64,000 nt of DNA from an uncultured Actinomycetes bacterium. Its GTDB lineage: Bacteria > Actinomycetota > Acidimicrobiia > IMCC26256 > DASPTH01. Location of the stretch: contig CAVZKC010000004.1 of assembly GCA_963775795.1 (NCBI GenBank), positions 1,683,757 to 1,747,756 on the forward strand, given 5' to 3'. Positions 38,524-48,699 of the stretch are shown here, piece by piece (position 1 is the stretch's first letter; each line of letters starts with the position of its first letter). A program made the position numbers and the translations under genes. Below the pieces are notes generated by a model that saw nothing but the letters and a program-made list of their open reading frames with translations, had not been told where the DNA came from and did no database searches.

Positions 38524-38835
38524 TCAGGTGCCGCGCATGTCCGGCATGATGAACCCCTCACAGAGGACGACCGATCCCTCGGTACTGTCGGTCCGCAGGT
38601 GCTTGATGGCCTGGTAGGACTCGGACTCGTACCAAGCGTTGGCCGCGTCCTTCGACTCGAACCGCATAACGACGGTGACGACCGGCGCCGGCGAGCCCTC
38701 CTTCGCCTCCGACGCGAAGTCAGCGACGAGTACCTCAACATCGTGTCCTGCGAACGTTGGAATGGCTGCCGGCGGATATGCCTCGTAGGCGTCAGGGTCG
38801 GTCTTCGTGTAGCTAAAGACGAGATAGGCACTCAT
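38524..38835 (-). CDS. DUF1330 domain protein
   Basis: About 100 aa, dimeric alpha+beta-barrel-like pattern MSAYLVFSYTK ... VMRFESKDAANAWYESESYQAIKHLR. Confidence 0.65.
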   Translation of the reverse strand: MSAYLVFSYTKTDPDAYEAYPPAAIPTFAGHDVEVLVADFASEAKEGSPAPVVTVVMRFESKDAANAWYESESYQAIKHLRTDSTEGSVVLCEGFIMPDMRGT

Positions 38836-39099
38836 GACCAGCATGTCTAACACGTCTCTTGTTATGCAGCGCCTCGCATCGTGCGAGCCGCGTCACGGCG
38901 GATCCTCCTCGGCGAGGATCGACCAATAGAGCCCGGTATCGACCGTGCAGATCGAGTGCCGCGTCCCCAACTCGCCGGCCCACCGCCGCGATGGTGTGCG
39001 CGCCAACGCCGGCTCGCAGACGCACCAGACGCGCCGTTCGGCTCGGTCTTGGTCATCGAGCCAAGTGGGTTCGCGAGCGCGCGTTCAGGGCGAAGGCTC

Positions 39100-39395
39100 C
39101 TCCCTACAACCCTGTGGTGACGTGGGTGTCGAGGGGAGCCAAGCGGTTCGCGAGGTGGTGGAAGTCCATCTGGTCGATGAGCGGACGCACAGGCTCGGCG
39201 ACGCGCCGCTCGAACGTCTCGTAGCAGATCGCGAGCGCGGCTCAGCCGCCGGCTGCGTCCGATGGCGGCGACGGTCCGTCGAGGAGGATCTCGGCGTCGT
39301 CACCGCTCGTCACCAACCCATGCTCGCGGCTCGATCGCGTCCGGAGCGCGTCGGCCGGAGGCGAGTCAAGCGGGCGGAGTGAACCTAATCGTTGC
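39100..39395 (-). pseudogene. Degenerate gene remnant with in-frame TGA
   Basis: Protein-like C-terminus AALAICYETFERRVAEPVRPLIDQMDFHHLANRLAPLDTHVTTGL lies in-frame directly after a TGA that ends an upstream ORF piece; no intact start; 38860-39395 lacks any clean ORF. Confidence 0.3.
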
Positions 39396-40319
39396 TCATG
39401 CAGGGAGCCCGACGAGTCGGGCGCTCTCATTCCACAAGCGTCCGCAGCGCTCGACGTCGGTGGTGTGTGGTGCGGTCTGGACCACGGCGCGATCGACATA
39501 GAAGCGCCCGGTTACCCCTTCGACCTCAGCCGCGGTGGCCAGCCAGACCGGAGTGTCGGCTCCGTCGTCGGGGGAGGGCGCATTGTCGGGGTCTGTCCAA
39601 GCCTGGGGGCCCCGCTCGCCGGGCTGCGGGCCGGGCTGGGACAAGGCGCCGCTCTGGAGCGCCTCCCCCATCGCGGCAGCGAGGGTGGGCACCTCACCGC
39701 CGAGACCAGTTCCGCCGATGAAGCCGGGGTGCACGCCGTTGACGGTGATGCCGGTGCCGCCCATCCTGCGGGCGAGCTCAAAGACGAACATGGCGTTCAT
39801 GTTCTTGGTCTGGCAGTAGGCGAAGAAGGGCCGCACCCCAGCTGGTTCTCCCAGCCGTTCGGGGTGGTTCAACAGGATGTCGTCGAGGTCGACCGGCATC
39901 TGTGCCAGGAACACCGGATCGGCACCCACGACGATCAAGCGGGCTCGCTCCAGGTTGGCCGCCAGGGTGCGAAGCAGGACATAGGGCGCTAAATGGTTGA
40001 CTGCCAGCACCCTCGGCAAGCCCTCCGAGTTCTTGCGGTCCAGGCCCGTCACGAGGGCAGCGTTGCTGATGACGACCTCCGGGAGCGGCCCAGCCAAGAT
40101 CCGCTCGGCCAGCGCTCGAACCTCCTTCAACTCGGCCAGGTCGGCGCGCTCCAGTTTCACGTCAGCGCCTGGTGCGGCGTCATCAATCCGCCGCTGCGTC
40201 GCCATGAGGCGCTCGTCGCTGCGGCCCACCACCGTGACCGTCAGGCCCTCCTCGGCGAGTCGTCGTGCGATCGCCTCCCCGATCCCGTTGGTCGCCCCTG
40301 TGACGACCGCGTGCGTCAT
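39396..40319 (-). CDS. SDR family oxidoreductase
   Basis: N-terminal VTGATNGIGEAIARRL Rossmann motif; 307 aa. Confidence 0.85.
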   Translation of the reverse strand: MTHAVVTGATNGIGEAIARRLAEEGLTVTVVGRSDERLMATQRRIDDAAPGADVKLERADLAELKEVRALAERILAGPLPEVVISNAALVTGLDRKNSEGLPRVLAVNHLAPYVLLRTLAANLERARLIVVGADPVFLAQMPVDLDDILLNHPERLGEPAGVRPFFAYCQTKNMNAMFVFELARRMGGTGITVNGVHPGFIGGTGLGGEVPTLAAAMGEALQSGALSQPGPQPGERGPQAWTDPDNAPSPDDGADTPVWLATAAEVEGVTGRFYVDRAVVQTAPHTTDVERCGRLWNESARLVGLPA

Positions 40320-40610
40320 TCGTCCTCCTGCAAAGAACGGACGGCGTCTGGTCCGGAGGACAATGTCCTCGGACCGTGCGTCATAGGTGAACAGCCCGCC
40401 CGTCCGATCCTCGGCTGGCGGTCGGCGATGCTCCTCATCTCTCCCCCTCGGACGACGTGATTGGGTTGAGCCGCGGATGGTAATGCGAATTGCGGCGAGG
40501 CACGGTCGTGGATCGTCGGACTCGTCCTGGTGCGCGCGCCGATCGCAATCCGCAAATACCGCAGGATCGTCTGACCCATACGCGATCGATCGAGCGTGTC
40601 GGCCGCGCGG

Positions 40611-41513
40611 TCAGCCTTCGACCGGACGCACGGTGGCGAACAAAGGTGGGCCCACCGACTTGTGGCCCCAGACGCTCAGCACCTCGGGGTTCACCTCGTG
40701 GTGGTCGGGTCCGAAGAACCGACCACCCGCGGTCTGGTACTCGATGCCGAAGCCCGAGGGTGTGGCGCTGTAGAACGACACCACCGGATCCTGGGTGTGA
40801 CGGCCCAGCGTCATCGTGATCTGGAGCTCGCGCTCCTGCACCCGGTCGTAGGCGATGCCGACGTCGTCGAGCTCCTTGCACCCGATGCCGATGTGGTGAA
40901 TGCCCCGGAGCCCGGGTAACTCGACGTAGCCGATGTTGTGGCTGAGGGTGTTGAGCTTGGCGCTGTAGAACGCCGCCTCAGCACCGAGACCTTGGCTGAA
41001 CCACTGGAATTCCATCACGTCGTCGAAGAAGTGGACGAGCTCATCGCTGAGTTCGGGGGTGATCAACACGATGTGACCGACGCCGTCGCTCTCGGCCTCG
41101 AACCCGTGATGGTCTCGACCCGGGTGGAACGAGTTGGGGTGGTATTTCTGCCCGTAGCAGAGCTCGTGTCGGTAGCCCGCGGGGTCGTGGAAAATGGCGA
41201 CCTCCTTCACGGCCCGCTGGTCGACCAGGTCCGCGTCGCCGATCTCCACGTCGTAGCCGTTGTCCTGGAGTTTCTTGACGGCCTTGCGGAACGCCGGGCG
41301 GTGGCGGCATTCCCAACCGATGTACTTGAGATCGTCCTGCTCCCCGGGGTGGACGGCGATGCGCCAGCGCCGGTCGTCCATGCGCAGGTAGACCGTCTCG
41401 TCGTCGTCGCGGGGCTCGGCGAGGCCGAAGCCGAGGACCTCGGGTCCGTAGTCGATCCATGCCTTGTACGCCGGCGACTCGAAGCCGAGATACGCGATTC
41501 CGAGGATGTCCAT
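40611..41513 (-). CDS. Extradiol ring-cleavage dioxygenase, type I (HsaC/BphC-like)
   Basis: 300 aa, two VOC modules; GIAYLGFESP ... YLRMDDRRWRIAV ... GHIVLIT resembles mycobacterial HsaC; start set at internal ATG with GGGGGAA RBS. Confidence 0.75.
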   Translation of the reverse strand: MDILGIAYLGFESPAYKAWIDYGPEVLGFGLAEPRDDDETVYLRMDDRRWRIAVHPGEQDDLKYIGWECRHRPAFRKAVKKLQDNGYDVEIGDADLVDQRAVKEVAIFHDPAGYRHELCYGQKYHPNSFHPGRDHHGFEAESDGVGHIVLITPELSDELVHFFDDVMEFQWFSQGLGAEAAFYSAKLNTLSHNIGYVELPGLRGIHHIGIGCKELDDVGIAYDRVQERELQITMTLGRHTQDPVVSFYSATPSGFGIEYQTAGGRFFGPDHHEVNPEVLSVWGHKSVGPPLFATVRPVEG

Positions 41514-41638
41514 CGGGTTCCCCCCTTCGGGTGCGGGGCGTTGGTTGTTGGAGAACGAGCGGTCCGGATCTCCGGTTCCTGCCGCCAGCTTGCCACGCGG
41601 ACGAGAGAATTGCCCGTAGCCAGGCTCGGAGCCGGTCG

Positions 41639-42082
41639 TCAGCTGCCGAGCCGTTGGCGCTCGTCGGGCAGCTTGCGGAAGTCCCACGACACGACCTTGT
41701 CCGGTGTGAGCCGGAGCCAGGCGTGGCGCCCGTCGAGCACGAGCTCGCCGCCGGCGTACTTGGTCGCGAAGAGGCGCTCGGGTTCCGCAAGCTCGGGGCA
41801 GGGATCGCCCACGCGCGGACTCTCACCCACGAGGGCCGCACGACCGATGAGCTCGGCGCCGCGCAGCTCCCGGTAGTCGTGACCGCAGTCGACGATCACG
41901 CTGACGCGAGGATCGCGGCGCAGGTCGGATAATCGCTGGCTCTTCAGGATGGAGTAGAGCCACAACGCGGTGCCGTCCCACACGAACCACAGCGGGCTGA
42001 CGTGGGGTCCGTCGTGCGACACCGTGGCTACCCGGCACACCCGCTCCTGGGAGAGGAATTCGTCGAGCTCATCGGCGGACAT
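41639..42082 (-). CDS. PPOX-class F420-dependent / pyridoxamine 5'-phosphate oxidase family protein
   Basis: ERVCRVATVSHDGPHVSPLWFVWDG split-barrel N-terminus. Confidence 0.7.
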   Translation of the reverse strand: MSADELDEFLSQERVCRVATVSHDGPHVSPLWFVWDGTALWLYSILKSQRLSDLRRDPRVSVIVDCGHDYRELRGAELIGRAALVGESPRVGDPCPELAEPERLFATKYAGGELVLDGRHAWLRLTPDKVVSWDFRKLPDERQRLGS

Positions 42083-42134
42083 CGAGATGCTCCGCCCCCG
42101 TCGTTGCTCCCGTCTCGTCGCCACGACGTGCGTT

Positions 42135-43712
42135 CTACCCGATCACCCGGAACGCGCCTCGCATGAAGGGGTGGATCCGACAGAAGTACGTGTAGGTCCC
42201 CGGGTCGAGGTCGGCCGGCGTGTTCCAGGAGTCACGGCCGGCAGTGGGTGCGCCCGCGGCGCCGAGCTGACCGGAATCGAACGGAACGGTCGCGTCGGCA
42301 AGGGGATACGCGATACCGGGCGCGCCGTCGCACGGCGCCTTACATCCGGTGATCGAGTGCCACACGTTGCCCGGCGCGTCGAGGTTCGTGAACGTCAGCG
42401 ACGAGCCCGCGGCCACCGTCGGGATCGGCCCGTCGTCGTTCAGGTCGCCCACCTCGTAAAAGAAGTCGGCGACGTCCACGGCGGTGGCCGGCACGCCCGC
42501 GGCGCGACGGGCGTCCTCCAGATGGGACGGCTCGCCCCCGTGGTTGCGGTTCTCGGGAAGCTCGCCGTGGGTGGTCCGTCCGGGCCGGTCGACTTTCGTC
42601 GTGAACGGGTCCGGCCCGCCGGTGCCGTCGGCGATCCACAACACCATCAGGCCCATCGACTCATACCACGACGCGCGCGACGTGTCGTAGGTCGCGCTGA
42701 CGCTCAGCATGTCGCCCGGCTCGATCTGCACACGCCAATTGCGCCGCGGAACGGTCATCGCGACGTCCCACGACACTGCGCCCGCGGGTTCGAAGTACTT
42801 CGCAGTCGCGCTGAACGCGCGGACCGACTGCGTGCCGCGCCGCACCCCCAGGTCGACCGCAAGCCCACCGGGATGGAGGTGGCCCACCGCAGCCACCAGC
42901 ACGCCGGGGCGGTCGACGGTCCACTCGTTCTTGATCCGCCCGTTCGCGTAGGCGTTGGGATCGTCGTCGGGATAGGTGTAACGCCCGTTGTCACCGGCGT
43001 TGCGAAGCACGTCGAACACCGGGTAGATGCTGCCGTTCTGCACGTCGAGCCAGACGGGCCGGACGTCATGCATCGTCGCTGCCCGCGGGCGGGTGAGCGA
43101 AACGAAGTCGACGTCGTAGGTGATCGACACGGTGAACGGGCGGTCGGTGAGGTTGTGGACCATCGAGTTGAGGAACCACGTCTCGGCCGCGGAGTAGGGG
43201 TACCCGTAGCCGTTCGGGAGCGCGAGGGTCGTCTTCTCCTCGCCCGCGGCGAAGAAGCGCTCGGGTAGGGGAGGCGCGGTGGCGTCGAAGCGCGCCGCGG
43301 TCGCCCACACGGCGTGGTGGAGGTGGAGCTGGTCGGTCGGCGCCACCTTGCCGGTGCGGGGCCCGGTGGCGAGCACGAGGTTGGGCCGGAAGCCGACGAT
43401 CCACCCGTCGACGTCGGGCTGCGGGATCCGGGTCTGGTTCGTCTGGATCAGGTTCTGGCCCGGCGTGATGTCGAGCGGTCCGTACGCGAAATGCAGATGC
43501 TCGACGCCGCTCCGCTCGGCCGTGGCGGTCCGTGCGCTCGGTCGACGGGTCGACTCGGCACCAGATGGCGCCGCGCTCGTGAGGCCCACGACCAGGGTCG
43601 CGATCGCAACCACGCCGGCGAGCGAGAGCGCGCGCGAACGCGCGGACGCGTGGGAGTTCACGGCGTCCACGGTACCGACCGCGCGGGCGTGGTCACGCGC
43701 ATGGCCGCGCAC
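42135..43712 (-). CDS. Secreted protein with C-terminal cupredoxin (blue-copper) domain
   Basis: Signal peptide; C-terminal YTYFCRIHPFMRGAFRV type-1 copper ligand pattern (Cys, His, Met); true start probably an internal GTG near 43661. Confidence 0.6.
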   Translation of the reverse strand: MRGHARDHARAVGTVDAVNSHASARSRALSLAGVVAIATLVVGLTSAAPSGAESTRRPSARTATAERSGVEHLHFAYGPLDITPGQNLIQTNQTRIPQPDVDGWIVGFRPNLVLATGPRTGKVAPTDQLHLHHAVWATAARFDATAPPLPERFFAAGEEKTTLALPNGYGYPYSAAETWFLNSMVHNLTDRPFTVSITYDVDFVSLTRPRAATMHDVRPVWLDVQNGSIYPVFDVLRNAGDNGRYTYPDDDPNAYANGRIKNEWTVDRPGVLVAAVGHLHPGGLAVDLGVRRGTQSVRAFSATAKYFEPAGAVSWDVAMTVPRRNWRVQIEPGDMLSVSATYDTSRASWYESMGLMVLWIADGTGGPDPFTTKVDRPGRTTHGELPENRNHGGEPSHLEDARRAAGVPATAVDVADFFYEVGDLNDDGPIPTVAAGSSLTFTNLDAPGNVWHSITGCKAPCDGAPGIAYPLADATVPFDSGQLGAAGAPTAGRDSWNTPADLDPGTYTYFCRIHPFMRGAFRVIG

Positions 43713-43729
43713 GAGCGCGATCTGCTCAA

Positions 43730-44290
43730 ATGGGCCGCGTGACCGATCCGCTCCGCGATCCCGAGCTGGCCGAGCGCGCGGCGGCCGTGCGCGCGGACTG
43801 GCAAGCCGAGGAAGCGGGCTGGACGAAGAACGCGCTCACCACTTGGCACCACGGCCGCACGCTCGCGGACGTTTTGCGCGACTGCATGCATCGAGGCGAC
43901 ACGGTCGCGGTCCACGCGCTCGGCGTCGTGCTCACCGGGGAGCTCGTGGGTGTTGGCGTCGACGTCGCGCGCCTCGAGACCGCGGGAGGTCGCTTCGACA
44001 TCCGGGTAGGTGCGGATGCTTCCGTCGCGGTGCGGGTCGTCTCGCATGCGGAGGCCGGCGGAACGCGCGGTGACGCGGGGGTGACGACGCTGCGGCACCG
44101 ACTTCTCGAGCACGAGGCGGTCGGGACGCGCGTCGAGATCGCGTCCCCGCTGCTCGACGATCTGTGCCAAGGGAGCGTCGAGGTCGGATCCGACCACGTT
44201 GCCGTGCTCTCCGGCGATGATGATCGGCAGGTACGAACCGTGTACGTCCCGCTCGCTCACGTCGCCTGGGTTCGGACCTCCGCCCCGTAG
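43730..44290 (+). CDS. Hypothetical protein
   Basis: ORF with balanced composition; no recognisable motif. Confidence 0.4.
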   Translation: MGRVTDPLRDPELAERAAAVRADWQAEEAGWTKNALTTWHHGRTLADVLRDCMHRGDTVAVHALGVVLTGELVGVGVDVARLETAGGRFDIRVGADASVAVRVVSHAEAGGTRGDAGVTTLRHRLLEHEAVGTRVEIASPLLDDLCQGSVEVGSDHVAVLSGDDDRQVRTVYVPLAHVAWVRTSAP

Positions 44291-44517
44291 GGGACAGCCT
44301 CGTCGAGCGGCCCTCCCGGCAACGCTGCCAGCCAGGCCAGGAGCTCGTCGCGCAGGAACCGGAGCTCGCGCCCGCCCGGGAAGCGGTGGCAGGGCACCCG
44401 ACCTTCTCGGACCATCTTGCGCAGCGATTCCACGTGCACCTGCAGGAGCTCGGCGGCCATCGCTGCGGTCAGCACTGGTGGGAAGCCGGCGGGCGTCGGC
44501 GCTTCGGCATCGCTCAC
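44257..44517 (-). CDS. Excisionase/MerR-like HTH DNA-binding protein
   Basis: LTAAMAAELLQVHVESLRKMVREGRVPCHRFPGGRELRFLRDELLAWL fits the HTH_17 pattern; divergent from the tad operon; start uncertain. Confidence 0.5.
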   Translation of the reverse strand: MSDAEAPTPAGFPPVLTAAMAAELLQVHVESLRKMVREGRVPCHRFPGGRELRFLRDELLAWLAALPGGPLDEAVPYGAEVRTQAT

Positions 44518-44732
44518 CGAGCCAGCGTAGAGCGCCCGGATTACGAAGAAAAGAACCTCTTGACCGTTCGCGGCAGAACGTGCAATATGCAAACGGTTCG
44601 AAAAGGATAAGTCGGAACGGCTACGGGGAGCGGCGTGTGCAGGATGTGACGGGCGTCACGAGCTCGGCCCGGGGGCCAGTCCGCCCTCCCGGGGTTCGGG
44701 GCCGGATCAGACTGTCGTCGGGGCACGTGGCC

Positions 44733-45347
44733 ATGATCGTCGCCGGCCTCGTCGGGGCCGTCGCGTCGCTCGCCGCGTTGCCTTCCGACGGGGACGGCCG
44801 TGCTGTCCTGGTCGCTGCCCAGGAGATCGGCGCCGGCGAGCGTTTCGACCCGTCAGCAGCCCGCGCCGAGCGGATCAACGCGCCGGCGAGACTCCTCCAC
44901 GCCTTCGTGCTGGCGCGGGAAGCGAATGGCCTTCGCAATCGCGTCGTCGTCGCCCCGATCCACCCCGGGGAACCGGTCGTGCGGAGCGCCCTGCGTCGCC
45001 ACGCTGCTCCGCACGGTCTGCGGGCGATGAGCATCCCCGTCGAGCCGTCCCACGCCGTCGCCGGCAGGCTCGCGGTCGGCGACCGGATCGATGTGCTCGT
45101 CGCCGGGAGCGGCGATGTCTCCATGGTCGTCGCGGACGCGGAGGTGCTCGCGGTCGACGAGCGCGCACGAGGCGGGATCGGCGAATCGTCGAGCCCGTTC
45201 ACGGTCACGATCGCGGTCGACGTCGAGGCATCCCGGGACCTCGCGGCTGCGATCGCCGACGGCGGGATCTCGATCGCGAGAACGACGGGAGCCCAGCGCG
45301 CGGAACGTGATCTCTCGGTTCCCACGCCCGAGGAGGAGGCTCGGTGA
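44733..45347 (+). CDS. cpaB: Flp pilus assembly protein CpaB (SAF domain)
   Basis: N-terminal TM helix MIVAGLVGAVASLAAL then SAF-like fold; first gene of an overlapping tad operon; GTG 44727 alternative start. Confidence 0.7.
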   Translation: MIVAGLVGAVASLAALPSDGDGRAVLVAAQEIGAGERFDPSAARAERINAPARLLHAFVLAREANGLRNRVVVAPIHPGEPVVRSALRRHAAPHGLRAMSIPVEPSHAVAGRLAVGDRIDVLVAGSGDVSMVVADAEVLAVDERARGGIGESSSPFTVTIAVDVEASRDLAAAIADGGISIARTTGAQRAERDLSVPTPEEEAR

Positions 45348-46516
45348 GCATCGCCGAACCGACCGTCGCACTGGTCTTCTCGCCCGAGGGCTGGGTCGAG
45401 CAGCTCCATCGGCACTTGGCCGATCATGGGGGCGCGCGCATCCGCCAGATCGTCGTCGAACCTTCCACCCTTCGTGACGAGGAGTTCGACGTGCTCGTGG
45501 TGAGCCATCGGTGGCCCGCGCTGACCCCAGTCCTCGTCCGGAGGGTGCAGGAAGCCGGTGCGCGAGTGCTGGGAGTCTTCGATCGGGACGAGCCGGCGGC
45601 GCGTGAGCACCTTGCACGGATCGGCGTGGACGCGATCGTCGGGGCAGATGTCGCCCTCCGGTCCTTCGTCGAGGCCATCCGAGCAGTGGGACCAGAGCAC
45701 GGCGAGCGCACTCGGCGGACCGTCGTCCGCGATCACTTCGACGAACCGACCGCAGGTGTCGGAATCGTCGCGGTCGGCGGACCGTGCGGGGGCGGCAAGA
45801 CGGAGCTCTCCGTCGCGATCGCGATGGCGTTGGCCGACCGCGGTTGTTCCGTCGTTCTGCTCGACGCCGACGTGCACGCTGCCGCGATCGCGATCCGGCT
45901 TCGCCTCCCTCTCCACGCCAACCTGCGTACGGCAGTCGCCACCCTCCAGGCGGGTGGCGATGTTGCCCGCTCGCTTGTCTCGTTTGGGCGCGTCGCTGTC
46001 CTCCCGGGGAGCGTCACTTCGGGTCACGCCCACTTCGAGCCCGCCGAAGTGCTCTCCGTCTTGTCGGAGCTGCATCACCGGTACGACCACATCGTGATCG
46101 ACACGTCGGGCGTGCCTGGCGAGCCGCTGGGACGAGCGCTTCTTGGCGCTGCGAACGTCGCGCTGGGGATCAGTGCGGCGGGTCCTGTTGAGCTTTCCCG
46201 ACTGGTCTCGTGGACGACGGATGCCGCGCCGTCATTCGCGGCTCGGCTGTCGCTGGTGATCAACCGAGCGCCGAAGGACGCGTACCGACGAGGTGAGGTG
46301 GTTGACGAGTTGGGGCGCGCGGTGGCGGCGCCCGTGCTCGCGCTGCTCCCGTTCGACGAACGCGTCGTCCGGGCGGCCTGGGACGCACGCTCGGTGGAGC
46401 GCGGCGCGTTCGTTGAGCAGGTGCGCGCGATCGTCGATGCCTCGGTGCCTCAGCACGAACGGCGTGCGGATCGTCGTCGGGATGTTCGTCATCGCTCGGG
46501 GTCGGAAGCTGCATGA
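45344..46516 (+). CDS. cpaE: CpaE/TadZ-like pilus assembly ATPase (ParA/MinD family with N-terminal receiver-like domain)
   Basis: Deviant Walker A VGGPCGGGKTELSVAIA; GTGA overlap with cpaB. Confidence 0.8.
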   Translation: MSIAEPTVALVFSPEGWVEQLHRHLADHGGARIRQIVVEPSTLRDEEFDVLVVSHRWPALTPVLVRRVQEAGARVLGVFDRDEPAAREHLARIGVDAIVGADVALRSFVEAIRAVGPEHGERTRRTVVRDHFDEPTAGVGIVAVGGPCGGGKTELSVAIAMALADRGCSVVLLDADVHAAAIAIRLRLPLHANLRTAVATLQAGGDVARSLVSFGRVAVLPGSVTSGHAHFEPAEVLSVLSELHHRYDHIVIDTSGVPGEPLGRALLGAANVALGISAAGPVELSRLVSWTTDAAPSFAARLSLVINRAPKDAYRRGEVVDELGRAVAAPVLALLPFDERVVRAAWDARSVERGAFVEQVRAIVDASVPQHERRADRRRDVRHRSGSEAA

Positions 46517-47781
46517 GCGGCGACGCCTACGACGCCATCCGGCGGGAGGTGCTCGGTGGCATCGAGCGCGAGCGCCTCCGGCCTGACCACGACCTGCCCG
46601 CAATTCGGGCCGAGGTGGAGCGGGCCATCAGCGAGTACCAACGGCGATCCGCGCTGGGCACGGAGGTTCCGCTGGTCGAGCCGCGTGCCATGGCCGCGCG
46701 CGTGTTGCGGTCGATCACTGACTACGGGGCGTTGTCCGAACTGATCAGTCGCCGTGATGTCGAGGAGATCTTCGTCGAAGGCGCACGCGTCTCGTATTTG
46801 GACGATGCCGGGCGCTTGCGGGGACTGGCGCAGCCGACGAGTGAAGACGAGAACCGGCAGATCGTCGACCGTCTCCTCGCCCCTGTCGGTCGACAGCTCA
46901 ACACCAAGCACCCGATGGTGCAGGCGCGGGTCCTGAACGGCACCGCGCGGCTGACCGTCGCGATTCCTCCCGTCGGTGACCGCCTGTCTGCGACGCTGCG
47001 CCGATACGTGGTGCGCGACGTCACGCTCGACGACCTCGTCGAACGCGACTCGCTGACCGGGGAGGCCGCCGAGTTCCTGCGCGCCGTCATGCAGACTCGA
47101 AGTCGGATTGCAGTGTCTGGCGAGCCCGGAGCCGGAAAGACGACACTTGCCGCGGCATTGCTCTCTGCCGCCCCGACAGCGCACTGCGTCCGGTGCTGCG
47201 AAGAGGTTCGCGAGCTGTCCGTTCCGATCACGCACGGCGGCTACTACGAGGTGAGACCGGCGGCGCTCGACGGAACCGGTGAGATCAGCCTCCGCGACCT
47301 CGTCAAGTTCGTCTTGGCGATGCGACCTGACCGGATCGTGGTGGGAGAGGTTCGCGGCGCCGAGGCCTTCGAGCTGAGCCGTGCCGTCAACGCGGGGTGC
47401 GGGTTCCTGTGCACCGTCCATGCCAACAGCGCGGGTGAGGCCCTCGACGCGCTGGTCAATGCCGCGCTGATGGCGGGGGAGAACGTCACTGAACGAATCG
47501 TTCGGAACGTCTTCTCCTCGGCCCTCGACATCGTCGTCCATCTGGAGCGGGATACGCGCCCGTCCATCGACGCTGCGAGAGCCGATCGCCGCGTCGCGGA
47601 GATCGTCGCAGTCGTACCTTCGTTGCGGGACGACTTCACGGTCGAGCCGCTCTTCGTGCGCGAGTCGCCGGGCCACGCGCTCCGCTGGACCGGCGCGCTT
47701 CCCGCCCGTCTCGAGGCGCGTCTCGGGGACGGCGTCCGCGCGCTGCCGGTGGAACAAGCAGCGAGGGTGGGTGGCGCGTAG
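46513..47781 (+). CDS. cpaF: CpaF/TadA secretion ATPase
   Basis: Walker A GEPGAGKTT, Walker B IVVGEVRG, His box; ATGA overlap. Confidence 0.9.
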   Translation: MSGDAYDAIRREVLGGIERERLRPDHDLPAIRAEVERAISEYQRRSALGTEVPLVEPRAMAARVLRSITDYGALSELISRRDVEEIFVEGARVSYLDDAGRLRGLAQPTSEDENRQIVDRLLAPVGRQLNTKHPMVQARVLNGTARLTVAIPPVGDRLSATLRRYVVRDVTLDDLVERDSLTGEAAEFLRAVMQTRSRIAVSGEPGAGKTTLAAALLSAAPTAHCVRCCEEVRELSVPITHGGYYEVRPAALDGTGEISLRDLVKFVLAMRPDRIVVGEVRGAEAFELSRAVNAGCGFLCTVHANSAGEALDALVNAALMAGENVTERIVRNVFSSALDIVVHLERDTRPSIDAARADRRVAEIVAVVPSLRDDFTVEPLFVRESPGHALRWTGALPARLEARLGDGVRALPVEQAARVGGA

Positions 47782-48699
47782 ATGGCGCTCGTGGCCGCGC
47801 TGTCGTTCGGCATCTGCTGCGCGTTGGGCGCGGGGGCGCTCCAGGGGCGCATGCCCCGCGCCCTCGCGTGGCGCGGCCTGCTCACGCAGGAGGCTCGCCG
47901 CGACCGTGGGCGCGTCTGGCTGGCGCAGGCCGGACTGCGGTTGTCGCCCGTCCAATTCTGGACTTGCTCGGGCGGCGTGGGGATCGCGGGGCTGCTCGCG
48001 GTCTGGGCGACGACCAGGACGTTGCTGGTCGCACTCGTGCCGGCGATGGCTCTGACGATGTTGCCGCGTCTGTACTACGGGCGTCGCCGGGCGGATCGTC
48101 TCCGGTCCGTGCAGGCTGCGTGGCCGGACGGCCTTCGCGAACTGCTCTCGTGCATTGCGTCCGGGCAGTCGCTCACGCAAGCGCTCGAGGCGCTGGCGTT
48201 GACTGGTCCACCCGCTCTCCGAGTGGCATTCGCGCGATTCCCCCTCCTGTCTCGCCTGTTGGGAACGAGCGCGGCGCTCGAGGTGGTCAAGGAAGAGTTG
48301 GCCGACCCGACCAGTGATCGCGTGGTCGAAGTGCTCGTGCTCGCCCACGAGCGAGGCGGTCGCGTCGTGCAGGGGATCCTCGAGGACCTCGTCGTGGCGA
48401 CGAGCCGCGATCTCAAGGTTCGCGAAGAGGTGGAGACCGAGGGTCTCGAGTCGCGAATCAATGCGCGGGCGGTGCTCGTGCTTCCTTGGCTCGTCCTCGT
48501 CGCGCTGACGATTCGAGACGGGGCATTCCGCGAGTTCTACCGGTCGAGTGCCGGGCTCGCGGTCGTGCTGGTCGGGGTCGTCTTGAGCGCGCTGGGCTAC
48601 CTCTGGATCAGTCGCCTGGGGCGCAGCCAGGACGAGCGACGCGTCTTCGACGCTGCGGACCGACTCGGTGCGCGGGTTCCGAGGTGGGAGGACCGATGA
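47782..48699 (+). CDS. tadB: TadB (type II secretion system F family) membrane protein
   Basis: Position in operon, TM topology, T2SSF-like pattern. Confidence 0.8.
   Translation: MALVAALSFGICCALGAGALQGRMPRALAWRGLLTQEARRDRGRVWLAQAGLRLSPVQFWTCSGGVGIAGLLAVWATTRTLLVALVPAMALTMLPRLYYGRRRADRLRSVQAAWPDGLRELLSCIASGQSLTQALEALALTGPPALRVAFARFPLLSRLLGTSAALEVVKEELADPTSDRVVEVLVLAHERGGRVVQGILEDLVVATSRDLKVREEVETEGLESRINARAVLVLPWLVLVALTIRDGAFREFYRSSAGLAVVLVGVVLSALGYLWISRLGRSQDERRVFDAADRLGARVPRWEDR

Noticed and set aside
38860-39395. Looked for a tyrosine recombinase/integrase next to tRNA-Cys
   Set aside because: No R..HxxR..Y-type C-terminal motif found in any frame; only a decayed ORF remnant of unknown identity
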